This document shows positions 13,203 to 23,227 of a stretch of 27,231 nucleotides of DNA, piece after piece. The translations under genes and the position numbers were made by a program. The stretch comes from a virus. Lineage: Duplodnaviria > Caudoviricetes. How positions within the stretch are numbered: position 1 is the stretch's first letter; each line of letters starts with the position of its first letter. The notes under the pieces are model-generated. The model did not search any database. It had not been told where the DNA came from and saw only the letters and a program-made list of their open reading frames with translations. Location: positions 1 to 27,231 of IMG/VR virus record IMGVR_UViG_3300037458_000654; one strand, given 5' to 3'.

Positions 13203-15414
13203 TTTGCGTCTCCAATAATAAGAATTGTGCTTCTATTTCTTCAACCGGCTCCGAACAGTTTATTGGAACCGATAAATATCTGGTAACGTATTCCACCTTC
13301 GCTAAACTGTAGCCACCATACGATCCGTTACCTGCTTCGATAGTGGTGGCATAAGGCGTGTAAACCGCCGCACCCAAATCCTCATCCAACCAATCCAGAG
13401 AAGTCAGCGTCATGATCGGATAGGATGTTGAACTGGTGCGCTCGGAGAAAGTAATGATTTCAGCGGGATAATCGTCGTTGTCATCATTAATGGCTCGCGT
13501 TCCTTCAGTAACCGCACCTACCGAGATGACCGATGGTCGGGTAGTCACGATCCGCAGTCCTTCCCGCCACGGCGATATAAACACATAGAGAATCCCATTA
13601 CGTGGATCGTCGTTCTCGCCAATCTTGTTCGGTACATACTCCAAACGATCTTGGAAGCCCGCTTCACTATCGTAAATGCGTACTCTATCGATCAATTCAT
13701 CTTGCGTAGGTGATTCATTGGCTGAATAAATAACCCGTTCATCGAGTTCATGATCAGCGCCAACCCCGTCGAGTCCCGCAATCGAGGTTGGCCAACGATG
13801 CCTACAGACAATACCACCACCGGGTTCGGATTCGATCAAACCGCCAACCGCCTCCACTACCTGCTTAGCGACGGTGAGGGGATCGGAACGTTCCGCAGCC
13901 AGTCGATAGGCGGGAATCATCCAGTCCACCACATGCCAGGTATTCGCACCCAACAGTTCCGTCACCACGGCGGAGGCCATGATCGGTATATCCCAGGTCT
14001 TGGTAAGACGATCCGCGCGAGGCCGCGCCTTGGCAACCAATGGCGACAATCCAGAAATCGTGCAGGTTTCTTGATAATTGCCTTGATCATCGATGCTTCG
14101 TTGCAACGAGCGACTATCAACAATAAAGTTAAAGTCTACATTAAGCAAACGAATAACAAAAGCGGTATCACGTGGGAATCGAATATAATCTTGTGAATCC
14201 TTGAGCGTCATCTCACATTGCCAATAGGGAGAATCCTCATCGGCAGTGATCGATATTTCCATGAAATCATACGTGTTTAAACCACCATCACCTACTGTTA
14301 TCAATCCAGCGTCAATAATGGATGTCGTCGATATGGAATGATAGCGTGTTTCATGCAGTTGGCGTTGTTCGATATCAGCCTTCCATCCAGATTCGTGTAG
14401 GATAGCGTCTTGCACAATCGACTGATAAAGGATTTCATGCAGTAAGAGAGCAGGCGCGAATGACGCATAACTAACAGTATGGAAGTGGGTGGCTGTACTA
14501 AACGATGCTGATGAATAAAGAACTTCATGTAATCTATTTTCTAATACTAACGCGGAAGCATTATAAGAAACTTCATGGTAAGCATAATCACTTTCTACAC
14601 CAAAAGCTCTATAAAGAACTTCATGAAGTCGACTACTTGAAGTGGCTGGTGCTGTTAGTGTAGCTTCATAAGAAATAAGATGTGTTCTTTGACCTTCGGC
14701 AGTCCATGAAATCGTATGAAAACGCTGTTGTGGACTTAGATCATAACTAATATTATGAAGACGAGAACTGGATACTCCATAATATACTTCATGAAGTCGT
14801 GGGGCGGGTTCTTCTCCTTGAATGATAACTGTAAAACTAGGCCACGTAGCAGCAAGATAGTTTAATGTAGTTGTATATCCACGAGCGAGTAAGGGGCCTA
14901 TTCCTATAAATCCTATCGACACATTACCTTCAGCGCCAGCACTATCTATTGGTCCTATTTCTATACTACCAATATTCTCGTCTTTTTCTATTTCATACGC
15001 GGACGCATACAGAGGTCCAATACCAACATGACCCGCGCTATAATCGATAACAATTTCGGTATCTTCACCTTCACAATCAATAGGACCAATCCTAATCAAT
15101 CCATAATTAGGTGATCCTTCCGCTCCTATTATATCAACTGGACCTATACGTATTGCTGCTTTAACTCTATCCAGCAAGGTTGCGCTAATATCAATAGGTC
15201 CAATACTAGCAGAACCAAAGTTTTTATCTCCCTCTACACCTATCGCGCCTAACGGACCTATAGGAATTTCACCGGATTCATAACCATCATTATACTGATC
15301 TTCATAATCAGTAATAAGTGCGTTTTGTATATTATCAAGATAACCGTATAACGAGCAATCTCCAAATAAAACACTACCGCTCTTTTTAGAACTTGTGTAT
15401 ACTAGAGTTGCCAT
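13195..15414 (-). CDS. Putative tail protein with IGP and His repeats and a hub-like C-terminal half
   Basis: 739 aa; repeated IGP[I/L] and Hxxx[Y/W] units; position in the tail operon. Confidence 0.75.
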   Translation of the reverse strand: MATLVYTSSKKSGSVLFGDCSLYGYLDNIQNALITDYEDQYNDGYESGEIPIGPLGAIGVEGDKNFGSASIGPIDISATLLDRVKAAIRIGPVDIIGAEGSPNYGLIRIGPIDCEGEDTEIVIDYSAGHVGIGPLYASAYEIEKDENIGSIEIGPIDSAGAEGNVSIGFIGIGPLLARGYTTTLNYLAATWPSFTVIIQGEEPAPRLHEVYYGVSSSRLHNISYDLSPQQRFHTISWTAEGQRTHLISYEATLTAPATSSSRLHEVLYRAFGVESDYAYHEVSYNASALVLENRLHEVLYSSASFSTATHFHTVSYASFAPALLLHEILYQSIVQDAILHESGWKADIEQRQLHETRYHSISTTSIIDAGLITVGDGGLNTYDFMEISITADEDSPYWQCEMTLKDSQDYIRFPRDTAFVIRLLNVDFNFIVDSRSLQRSIDDQGNYQETCTISGLSPLVAKARPRADRLTKTWDIPIMASAVVTELLGANTWHVVDWMIPAYRLAAERSDPLTVAKQVVEAVGGLIESEPGGGIVCRHRWPTSIAGLDGVGADHELDERVIYSANESPTQDELIDRVRIYDSEAGFQDRLEYVPNKIGENDDPRNGILYVFISPWREGLRIVTTRPSVISVGAVTEGTRAINDDNDDYPAEIITFSERTSSTSYPIMTLTSLDWLDEDLGAAVYTPYATTIEAGNGSYGGYSLAKVEYVTRYLSVPINCSEPVEEIEAQFLLLETQNG

Positions 15415-15426
15415 GTTATATCAGCC

Positions 15427-15747
15427 TTAGCAAGGAACAGCTTCGTCAGTGTAATATCTTATTTCTTCATTAACACGCTCTATTTTAAATAACGTGTTAT
15501 CGAATGGAAATGATTGAAGAGAAGTAAGCAATGAACCACTTTCTATAATAGCGTATCGTCCTCTATCTATAAAAAATCCAAACTCAATTTCATTCTTCGA
15601 TACATTTTGATTAGAAGAATTTAAGCCGCATACAACGCCAATAGCACTCTTAGGAACCGAGAATGTAAAACAGCCGTCACCTAACAAGGTCGCTACAGTC
15701 CTTGCGCCTGCGTCCCAAGCAAAATCATACTCGTATCGTATAGTCAT
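15427..15747 (-). CDS. Putative structural protein (beta-sandwich-like)
   Basis: 106 aa; TAATG coupling. Confidence 0.65.
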   Translation of the reverse strand: MTIRYEYDFAWDAGARTVATLLGDGCFTFSVPKSAIGVVCGLNSSNQNVSKNEIEFGFFIDRGRYAIIESGSLLTSLQSFPFDNTLFKIERVNEEIRYYTDEAVPC

Positions 15748-15992
15748 TATGGCACCAGTATAATTTGATCGCAGCCTTTAGAAAGGGCTACTTGTACTGC
15801 TGGAGGTAAAGAAATAGAAATAAAACAAATTACTATTTGTGGTACGGGTTCTACTGGTTGTGGGTCTGGTGTATTATCAATAGGATCGATTGGTCTGCCG
15901 CCATCAAAAGGATTTTTAGGCTTAGTTATTGGCTCGCCATCATCGACTCGACGCATTCCAGTAATTTTTACCAAGTCAGATGAACAAGCCAT
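15747..15992 (-). CDS. Pro-rich hypothetical protein
   Basis: 81 aa, in operon. Confidence 0.6.
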   Translation of the reverse strand: MACSSDLVKITGMRRVDDGEPITKPKNPFDGGRPIDPIDNTPDPQPVEPVPQIVICFISISLPPAVQVALSKGCDQIILVP

Positions 15993-15994
15993 TT

Positions 15995-16441
15995 CTACAT
16001 CCCCAGTTGGATTGTAAAATAATCTATTGAAATATTTGTTAAACTTGTTATGGAATTCGTATACAATATCAATTCATCACCAACCACCCCATCAATACGT
16101 GGATAATAAACACTAGTTATTAATGGATCGTTACCGCTCCAATAAAATCGCCACCAACTTGCCGTTCCTGATCGAATACCTTTAAGCCGCCAGATTCCTA
16201 AATTAGTAAGTATTCCTGGCGATCCTGCTTGTAAAAATAAGCCAGCCTCGTAAGGATCGTTTGGAAATACAAAAGCACGACCTTCCGTGGTTATTTGTCC
16301 TAGTTCAACCCCTGATGGCGCGTTATCTGGCGTGGAAGGAAGAGTACCCGAATAAACTCGGATAATCCCTCCATTCATCATCATGCCAAGGCCATAATTT
16401 CCGGCCAAGGCATTACGCAATCCAGTGGAAAATCGCGCCAT
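15995..16441 (-). CDS. Virion structural protein, paralogue of the upstream gene
   Basis: MARFSTGLRNALA...GGIIRVYSGTLPSTPD...GTASWWR...RIDG; GAGGA RBS before ATG 16441. Confidence 0.75.
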   Translation of the reverse strand: MARFSTGLRNALAGNYGLGMMMNGGIIRVYSGTLPSTPDNAPSGVELGQITTEGRAFVFPNDPYEAGLFLQAGSPGILTNLGIWRLKGIRSGTASWWRFYWSGNDPLITSVYYPRIDGVVGDELILYTNSITSLTNISIDYFTIQLGM

Positions 16442-16451
16442 TGGGGTTTCC

Positions 16452-16913
16452 TCAGTTAGTAAGAACCGACACAGAGAAGGCATCCAAAATCTTGGCGTCT
16501 AAATCGGTATCGGTAACAAGCACTGGGGTTGTTAGGAAAATATCGGAAGTCGCCAGATTTCCACAGGTTCCCTGAATACGGCAATACGCGGTTGAAATGC
16601 CACCAATAGTCGCGCCTTTCTCAGTCGAACCAATCAATCGCCAGTAATTAGGCGTGCCCGCCACCGTTGCTCCTTGCCACGTTTCCGTGGTTTCCTTCAC
16701 GCAAGCGGTATCAACCGCTGAAGACTCGAACGTCACGCCAGTACCATCGCCATCCACCGTAACCGTCCAGCACAACGTACCCGCCACCGCCGCGTCCGCT
16801 GTCGCCGGCTCGGTACCCTCATAGAACATGACTTGCCCACCATCAAAAGCCGCTTTAACCGAACCAGTGACGGCCAGATGAGTACGAAGTCCAGAAGAAG
16901 TTTTAACAGCCAT
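16452..16913 (-). CDS. Virion structural protein
   Basis: MAVKTSSGLRTHLA...GGQVMFYEGTEPATAD...GTPNYWR...RIQG. Confidence 0.75.
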   Translation of the reverse strand: MAVKTSSGLRTHLAVTGSVKAAFDGGQVMFYEGTEPATADAAVAGTLCWTVTVDGDGTGVTFESSAVDTACVKETTETWQGATVAGTPNYWRLIGSTEKGATIGGISTAYCRIQGTCGNLATSDIFLTTPVLVTDTDLDAKILDAFSVSVLTN

Positions 16914-16922
16914 AATTTACTC

Positions 16923-17072
16923 TCACCATTTACGTTTAGGACAGAATAACCAAACTCGTGCGGAGATACGACAGCCACACACATCACAAACCCACTTTTT
17001 ATCGAGTAGCTTTCTATGCTCACATTGCAAACATATCGCTGTTCTCTTTTGAATAAACTTAGGTAAATTCAT
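16923..17072 (-). CDS. Small Cys-rich protein (49 aa)
   Basis: Hand translation MNLPKFIQKRTAICLQCEH...CDVCGC...CPKRKW; TAATG coupling. Confidence 0.7.
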   Translation of the reverse strand: MNLPKFIQKRTAICLQCEHRKLLDKKWVCDVCGCRISARVWLFCPKRKW

Positions 17073-17515
17073 TATTCACAATACTCAATACAGTTTACAT
17101 AGGAAGTCCAAACACAGCCCGTTGGAACCCAATCTGTAAATATTTCAATATCACTTATTAGTAAGTCATTATATCCATTAACAGTGCCATACCATCCATT
17201 AGGAGTTATTGAATTAATACATTCTCCATCAACTTGATCGCCTACATCTAATAGAAGTTCTATAGGCGGTGTGCCATCAGTGGGTATGCCACTATATATA
17301 TCAAAATATGCCTCAAACCAGTTTACTTCGGCCCCATTCGTATAACTAAATCTAACTCCAAAAACATTCCCACCATCCAATTGAACCGGATTATCTGCTT
17401 TAAAAGTTAAAACATCACTTGTCGCTGTAAGAGACCACTGCCCCGATCCTAAATATAAAGTATAGGTAGTTTCTTGCCAGAACTCATTGGTAGATGCTGG
17501 AAGCCAATCAGCCAT
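17072..17515 (-). CDS. Hypothetical structural protein
   Basis: 147 aa; AAGGAG RBS. Confidence 0.7.
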   Translation of the reverse strand: MADWLPASTNEFWQETTYTLYLGSGQWSLTATSDVLTFKADNPVQLDGGNVFGVRFSYTNGAEVNWFEAYFDIYSGIPTDGTPPIELLLDVGDQVDGECINSITPNGWYGTVNGYNDLLISDIEIFTDWVPTGCVWTSYVNCIEYCE

Positions 17516-18059
17516 TGATTCTTCTCCTTACGCTATCAGCATTGTAATGCCTACGCCAAACATAAAAAGGCTTATTTATAAAACTGATTGCATAATCTTT
17601 ATCTATTAAAGATTCTATAAAACATCGCCCTTCTGATTTTGTTGCTTTATTATGATCCCAGTTTTCAAAATCACTTAAATACTTTAAAGCAATCTCTCGT
17701 TTAATAACTATCAAATGATGAACCCAGTCGTTACAAAAAGTTTTATCGTCTACTTTTCCAGATATTCCTGTTATATATTCTTGCGTACAAGCAGCTACCG
17801 TATTTTCTTTTTCAATAGCATCAATACACGCTTCAAATCCACCAGCAAGGACATAATCATCAGGGTCTACCCATGATACATAGTTACTATTGCTCGCACG
17901 AAAAGCAAGCGCCCTGGCCTTGCCTAAATCATCTTTTATTCCAGAGCATACCTGTATATTGACGGACTCTTCTTTTAAAGAATTCATACATTTATCAAAC
18001 CATTCCTTATTATCTCCAGGCATGGTAAGAACATGTACATCAATAAGGTGTTTATTCAT
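17508..18059 (-). CDS. Glycosyltransferase family 2 (GT-A fold)
   Basis: IDVHVLT...CMNSL...LGKARALAF...YVSWVDPDDY (DxD); ATG 18059 after AGGTG (ORF track starts at 18068). Confidence 0.8.
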   Translation of the reverse strand: MNKHLIDVHVLTMPGDNKEWFDKCMNSLKEESVNIQVCSGIKDDLGKARALAFRASNSNYVSWVDPDDYVLAGGFEACIDAIEKENTVAACTQEYITGISGKVDDKTFCNDWVHHLIVIKREIALKYLSDFENWDHNKATKSEGRCFIESLIDKDYAISFINKPFYVWRRHYNADSVRRRING

Positions 18060-20787
18060 AAATAACACCTAGCGGTCTAATATCCGTCAACTCGCCAATC
18101 CCTACCAAATCCTCAAGCAAGAAATTGGCATCAATTATCGTTCTTTCCTTTACTGTCGGAGAAGAGCTAGTGAATCCCCATACCGGACCTACATAAAATT
18201 GGGAGGCTACCTTATCTTTGTATTTTGCTGAATATCCATAACCTTCATTAAAAGCAATCCAATTAACAGGAATTCCTATTTCATAGCCATGAATCATGTG
18301 AGTTCCGCTAGCACGAACGGTATCTTCCACATAAAAATTAACCGTACTAAACATCTTTGAATAGCTTGCTGGATATGTCCCAACTATAGTCTTGGCAACA
18401 TAAAACTTTCTAGTAGGGTAGGCGTCAAGATGATATTCTATGTAATAACTTCCCCCAGACGGCATGTTAAAATAAACCGGTATTGCGGCCCATACCCCAA
18501 ACGAAACCAGGAACTTATGCACACACAAAATATTGTGCATGACATCGCCATACGATCCATTCTGTTTAGTTATACTTCTAACTACCGTATAGGCATCAGT
18601 TGTTAAATCTACCGATGGATAAGATTTCAACAGCTCATTGTTATAATAAACATCAGCTTGAATGGCTAACCCAACTCCACCCGAATTAACAAAATCTATT
18701 TTATATTTTATATAGGATACATCTTCAGTAATCGGATTAAAATACAAAAAGTTTATAAAATAGTTATCGTCAATCCCGGTATAATAATTTTCACTATAAA
18801 TATCACTCGATCCAGAGAAGTTAATCTTTTTTATTTGTAATCTCTTGCCAGATGCAAATATAATCGTATCATTTGCACTAAACTCGGTACTGAATTCTGT
18901 AGCACTCGTCCATTTCTGATCGGATAGCAAATCCATCTCATAACCAATATATCTCGTATTTCCATTAAGGTCTACAAAAGGTAGGATATTTACAGTACCA
19001 GATCCTTCTTGTTTATAATTATATTTATCGTTAGGTTCATCATAGGCAGACACAGTATAAGTAATATCTGGTCCATTTATAATATCGCCAAACGAAAAAC
19101 CACTATTACCATTAAAGTTTAAAATACGTTGTCCAGCCGGGCACAGCGGGAAACTATCGCTAGGAAGATCAGTAAAGTAATACGTATATTCGTCGTCTGT
19201 TAAAAGCTCGGAACATAATGAAAAAGCGGTGTTACCATCAAATGAAAACCAGAAACACGATATAAAGGGAATATCTTTAACACCGAGTCTTATACTGTAT
19301 TCTAACTCCCAATCGTCGTGTGCCGCGTAAACAGGACGCCGATAAGCATACACGGTTACAGCATTTTCATTGCTTGGATCACGTAGACTGAAAATTACCC
19401 TAAAGCACAATAACCCATCATGCATGAAAACAATCGTTCCTTGGTTTACCGCATACGCTCCTTTATCCTGTTCAGCATCATAGATCGGTTTAATAAAGAA
19501 CGGACGACCTTTATAATAACAATAAGTTGCTCCGTTCTCATACTGGTACGGCCTACTGACTGGAGAAAAATAATTGGTTGTTGTAACGACACCATAACTC
19601 GTTCTATGCTCGCAATAACCCGCATAGAGCCAACGCTGATGTTGTACGAATAACTGCGCCCATGCTTTACCAGATACCGGTGGATCGTAAGACTCATCAA
19701 GAGAACTTGGTATTCCCGCAACACTACCTTTTTCCGTGATGGTGGCGGCTACGTTTCCAAATACATCCAGCGATGTGGAACCTGCTGGCTCGTCCCAAGT
19801 GCTACTGATCATGTTCGCGTAATGCAGTGGCGACTCCCGCCATCCTAACGCGGCTTGCACACCCGCTTCGGCTGAAAAACCACTTGCGGACGCACTTAAA
19901 AATAGATTCTCTGCATAGCCAGAAAAGACACCACCATTCAATAACCGATATTCAACGGTTCCGTACCCGTTTCTATAAAGTTCCTCGTTTTCATGAAACA
20001 TAACCTGAGCGCGTTGTACCTCACTCAAGATCATCCGTGAAGCACTAACAAAACCTCGTATTTCTCTACTAACAGGCTCTCTTCCTACCTCGGCTCTATA
20101 TACATTGGTCTCTTGGAAAATAGCTTCATAAGCATCGTTGTCATATAATAACTCTTCAGGCCAGTGACAGTACCAATCATCATCCTCTGATTCGTAGATC
20201 AATGCTTCACGATCAGCATCAAATTGTCTGTTAGGTAGCTCACCAACTAAATTACCATCACCATCAACAGTAGGTCTTGTTAAGCTACTAAAATTATAGC
20301 CAGCCGTCCATCTATTAATGCCCGGCACATCAGGCCAATTTGTTCTATTATCAGATATTTCCCAAAAATTATCATCGGATGCGGTTGGCTCGTAACCTAA
20401 TGGCCAATAGACTATTTTAATTTTAGGAGAAGAAACCGCCGTTGCTGATTCTCTAAGTCTACTATTTGTTTCTGGAAGTTGTAATGATGTTAAAATATCT
20501 TCTGATATTCCAGATATATACTCAAAACGATCTAAATATTTATTATTAATAAATCTATTTATAAGGCATTGGTTTAATGCTTCATTACCAATAGTAAGTA
20601 GTGTTCCAAACGGTGCATTTATCTTTTCTCCAGTAATTCGATCACGCTTTGGAAAACCATATCCATATTGTGCAAATACAGTATGCGGAGTAAGAACTAT
20701 TCCTTCTGGCTCCCATGCGAAACAAGCAAAGTTATAACCTAACGACCATCGCAATCCTGATGCAAAATGCCGTCCTCTACCACTCAT
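18052..20787 (-). CDS. Large putative tail protein with an internal CAP/SCP domain
   Basis: TNVYRAEVGREP...MFH...YAENL...ALGWRESPLHYANM; 911 aa in the tail operon. Confidence 0.75.
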   Translation of the reverse strand: MSGRGRHFASGLRWSLGYNFACFAWEPEGIVLTPHTVFAQYGYGFPKRDRITGEKINAPFGTLLTIGNEALNQCLINRFINNKYLDRFEYISGISEDILTSLQLPETNSRLRESATAVSSPKIKIVYWPLGYEPTASDDNFWEISDNRTNWPDVPGINRWTAGYNFSSLTRPTVDGDGNLVGELPNRQFDADREALIYESEDDDWYCHWPEELLYDNDAYEAIFQETNVYRAEVGREPVSREIRGFVSASRMILSEVQRAQVMFHENEELYRNGYGTVEYRLLNGGVFSGYAENLFLSASASGFSAEAGVQAALGWRESPLHYANMISSTWDEPAGSTSLDVFGNVAATITEKGSVAGIPSSLDESYDPPVSGKAWAQLFVQHQRWLYAGYCEHRTSYGVVTTTNYFSPVSRPYQYENGATYCYYKGRPFFIKPIYDAEQDKGAYAVNQGTIVFMHDGLLCFRVIFSLRDPSNENAVTVYAYRRPVYAAHDDWELEYSIRLGVKDIPFISCFWFSFDGNTAFSLCSELLTDDEYTYYFTDLPSDSFPLCPAGQRILNFNGNSGFSFGDIINGPDITYTVSAYDEPNDKYNYKQEGSGTVNILPFVDLNGNTRYIGYEMDLLSDQKWTSATEFSTEFSANDTIIFASGKRLQIKKINFSGSSDIYSENYYTGIDDNYFINFLYFNPITEDVSYIKYKIDFVNSGGVGLAIQADVYYNNELLKSYPSVDLTTDAYTVVRSITKQNGSYGDVMHNILCVHKFLVSFGVWAAIPVYFNMPSGGSYYIEYHLDAYPTRKFYVAKTIVGTYPASYSKMFSTVNFYVEDTVRASGTHMIHGYEIGIPVNWIAFNEGYGYSAKYKDKVASQFYVGPVWGFTSSSPTVKERTIIDANFLLEDLVGIGELTDIRPLGVIYE

Positions 20788-21869
20788 TACCGTGGCCTCG
20801 AATAAGCGGATGCACCAGGATATTCATTCTGAATTTTAGCTATCACTTCTTGTTTATCGACTTCAAGAAATACTTCACGCCAACTCCCAAAAACTTGGGC
20901 GTGTCTGAAATCCTCGGCATTAGATGCTTTCGATCCACCTGGAGGTTCACCAAACCGAATTTCATAAAGTGGATTGTAATCAGAATTACCAAAATAGGGA
21001 TTCTCCCATCCCCAATAACCATCACCGCCATTATTGAAATCGTTGTATCTTAAATAACCTGAACTACTCACTTCGACAATCAAATGGACTCGTTCATCCA
21101 CAAAACAATTACCACCATCCACCGTATCGGTATAACCATCAAATGTTCCATCAGGTGGATAATCAGACCGTTCGTCACCTACTTTTTCTCGATTGTTGTC
21201 ATACGTCGATTGCCAATTTCGTGGAAACTCCCACACGCCTTGCGGATCGAGTACGATCTTTGATACCACCCGCGCATATTCCACAAAATCAGGAGATTCC
21301 TTTATATCCAACTCCATTTCCAATGTTTCAACCGCTTGCTCGTTATAAGCAAATAAACTCCCCAATCCAAATACGCCACCATACACCCCCGCCGCGCCTG
21401 TCGTCGTCTGCGTAAACTGGGGTATATAATAAACAACTTGATATAAAACAGTATAAGATACCGAACAGACTCCATAAACAGATTGATCGACTACGATAAC
21501 ATCATTATCACTATCGTAGATAATAGTAGGATACACTCTACTAAAAGTAACTCGTCCCAATCTATCCGTGTTCTTTCTCATAAACACCGAACGAGTAAGA
21601 TCGAAAGTAACGCCTGTGGCGTTTGGGTATTTCAGAGTAGCCGTCCTGCTATCTGAAAATGTTACGCCTTCTCCCCAAATATATCTGGAGCGCATTTCAG
21701 CACCAGTAGCCGTTCCTACTGAAGCGATATATTCAGCCGGCATCGAAGAATAACAGTGTACGATAAGTTCCCCATAGTAACCAAGCCGTTTTGTAGCTTG
21801 CACCAAGACAATACGACCACCACGTTCCGAGAACGATACTGAAAGCGTGGAGGTCGTTAGTTCGGTCAT
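20787..21869 (-). CDS. Putative virion structural protein
   Basis: 360 aa, coupled within the tail operon. Confidence 0.7.
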   Translation of the reverse strand: MTELTTSTLSVSFSERGGRIVLVQATKRLGYYGELIVHCYSSMPAEYIASVGTATGAEMRSRYIWGEGVTFSDSRTATLKYPNATGVTFDLTRSVFMRKNTDRLGRVTFSRVYPTIIYDSDNDVIVVDQSVYGVCSVSYTVLYQVVYYIPQFTQTTTGAAGVYGGVFGLGSLFAYNEQAVETLEMELDIKESPDFVEYARVVSKIVLDPQGVWEFPRNWQSTYDNNREKVGDERSDYPPDGTFDGYTDTVDGGNCFVDERVHLIVEVSSSGYLRYNDFNNGGDGYWGWENPYFGNSDYNPLYEIRFGEPPGGSKASNAEDFRHAQVFGSWREVFLEVDKQEVIAKIQNEYPGASAYSRPR

Positions 21870-21870
21870 T

Positions 21871-22854
21871 TCAAGACTCGACGAAGAACATCAAACCACG
21901 ACTCTGTGAACCAAATGCCGTGCAACCCGCCGGAACAATCCGTTTCTCAAGAATCGGAACGGATGGCGGGATCGTGGTAATCACCACGGTATTACCAGCA
22001 ACAAAAGTACCCCCCCAACACGTCGCTGGAACCGAGAAATAAGCCGCGCCTTTCCCAACATTGGTGGGCGCATACGTGGTATCGCGAGTACCTCCCGCCA
22101 AGGTGATCCCCGCATCGGAGGTTACATTGAAGGCCGTCGCGCTAGTGAAGGTGAAGGTAACGGTCTGATAGATCGATCCCAAATTCCCCACCACCATGTA
22201 CGCTTCCGAGAAGGTGCCAGCGACACTCGTCACCGATTTGCCCGTGGTGGCTCCAGCGACCCCTGTTTCCTCAATTAACGAGGACACATAGGTATTGGTA
22301 TCACTGTAATCGTTGGCAAGCGTGCCCGCCAAGGTAATAGTGACGACATCGCCCAACACGGAAGGTGTGCCACTGATGGTATGAATCTCGGCGGTGCCCC
22401 CTGTTCCCAAACTGGTTTCGTTACTGATACGAATCGATTCTCCATCACGAAAGATGATAACCGCGCCATCCTCCACCAGCACGTCAATCGAGTTCGCGCC
22501 CGTCAACACACTATCATCTAGCGCGCCAACCCCGTAGAGGGCCGGAGAGCCAAATCCAGATTGAATGTTGGTTTGCGTGCCCTTGGCGAGATAGAGGCTG
22601 TCCTCGCCCGCCGTAGGCCGCCACAAGCCTACTCGCAACGTGGTGGCGGTCTCGTTGGCGGCGTTGTCCACCCGCACGAAGCCTTTGCGCCATTGCGTGG
22701 CACCTGTCGTCAACGTAGCCTCGGGAACATTGGGCCACCAGGTATTGCTCCCCCCAGACACCACTTCGGTCTCGGAAATCTTGCCACCATTACTGCTGGT
22801 GTCATTCACCACGGCTGACGCATAATAAACCAATTCACTACCAACAATCGCCAT
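21871..22854 (-). CDS. Putative tail structural protein
   Basis: 327 aa, T/G/S/V-rich; second gene after the tape measure gene. Confidence 0.75.
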   Translation of the reverse strand: MAIVGSELVYYASAVVNDTSSNGGKISETEVVSGGSNTWWPNVPEATLTTGATQWRKGFVRVDNAANETATTLRVGLWRPTAGEDSLYLAKGTQTNIQSGFGSPALYGVGALDDSVLTGANSIDVLVEDGAVIIFRDGESIRISNETSLGTGGTAEIHTISGTPSVLGDVVTITLAGTLANDYSDTNTYVSSLIEETGVAGATTGKSVTSVAGTFSEAYMVVGNLGSIYQTVTFTFTSATAFNVTSDAGITLAGGTRDTTYAPTNVGKGAAYFSVPATCWGGTFVAGNTVVITTIPPSVPILEKRIVPAGCTAFGSQSRGLMFFVES

Positions 22855-22855
22855 A

Positions 22856-23227
22856 TTAATCTACCTGAATAAGATAAATAGAACCGGTATAATACAAACG
22901 GCGCGGATCGACGGGGACTAATTGCAGCGGTCCAGAATCACGCCGAAAGCGTACCGTACATGAAAAAGAATCATAAACAAACGCCAAACTTTGCGATGTT
23001 TCCGCCAAACTAATCAGTGAATTAACGGTAGCAACCGATAACCAGCCCCATGGTAGTTCCACGGTCAAGGTGATCGGTCGTCCACCCCGCGCATTTTCCA
23101 TCACCACTGGATTCCCCGCGAGCGCATACCGAATCGTCTGGCCAATGGGTTGCCAATCCAAGCGATCCACCCATTCGATTTGTGACTCGTCGCGACTGGT
23201 GAACTGCACGCTGCCGAGACTTCTCAT
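22856..23227 (-). CDS. Putative distal tail protein
   Basis: WVDRLDWQPIGQTIRYALAG...GRPITL motif; immediately follows the tape measure gene. Confidence 0.65.
   Translation of the reverse strand: MRSLGSVQFTSRDESQIEWVDRLDWQPIGQTIRYALAGNPVVMENARGGRPITLTVELPWGWLSVATVNSLISLAETSQSLAFVYDSFSCTVRFRRDSGPLQLVPVDPRRLYYTGSIYLIQVD

Noticed and set aside
12840-14196. + strand ORFs within the tail module
   Set aside because: Antisense shadows of coupled - strand structural genes
13195-20787. Diversity-generating retroelement acting on tail genes
   Set aside because: No reverse transcriptase and no template/variable repeat pair noticed
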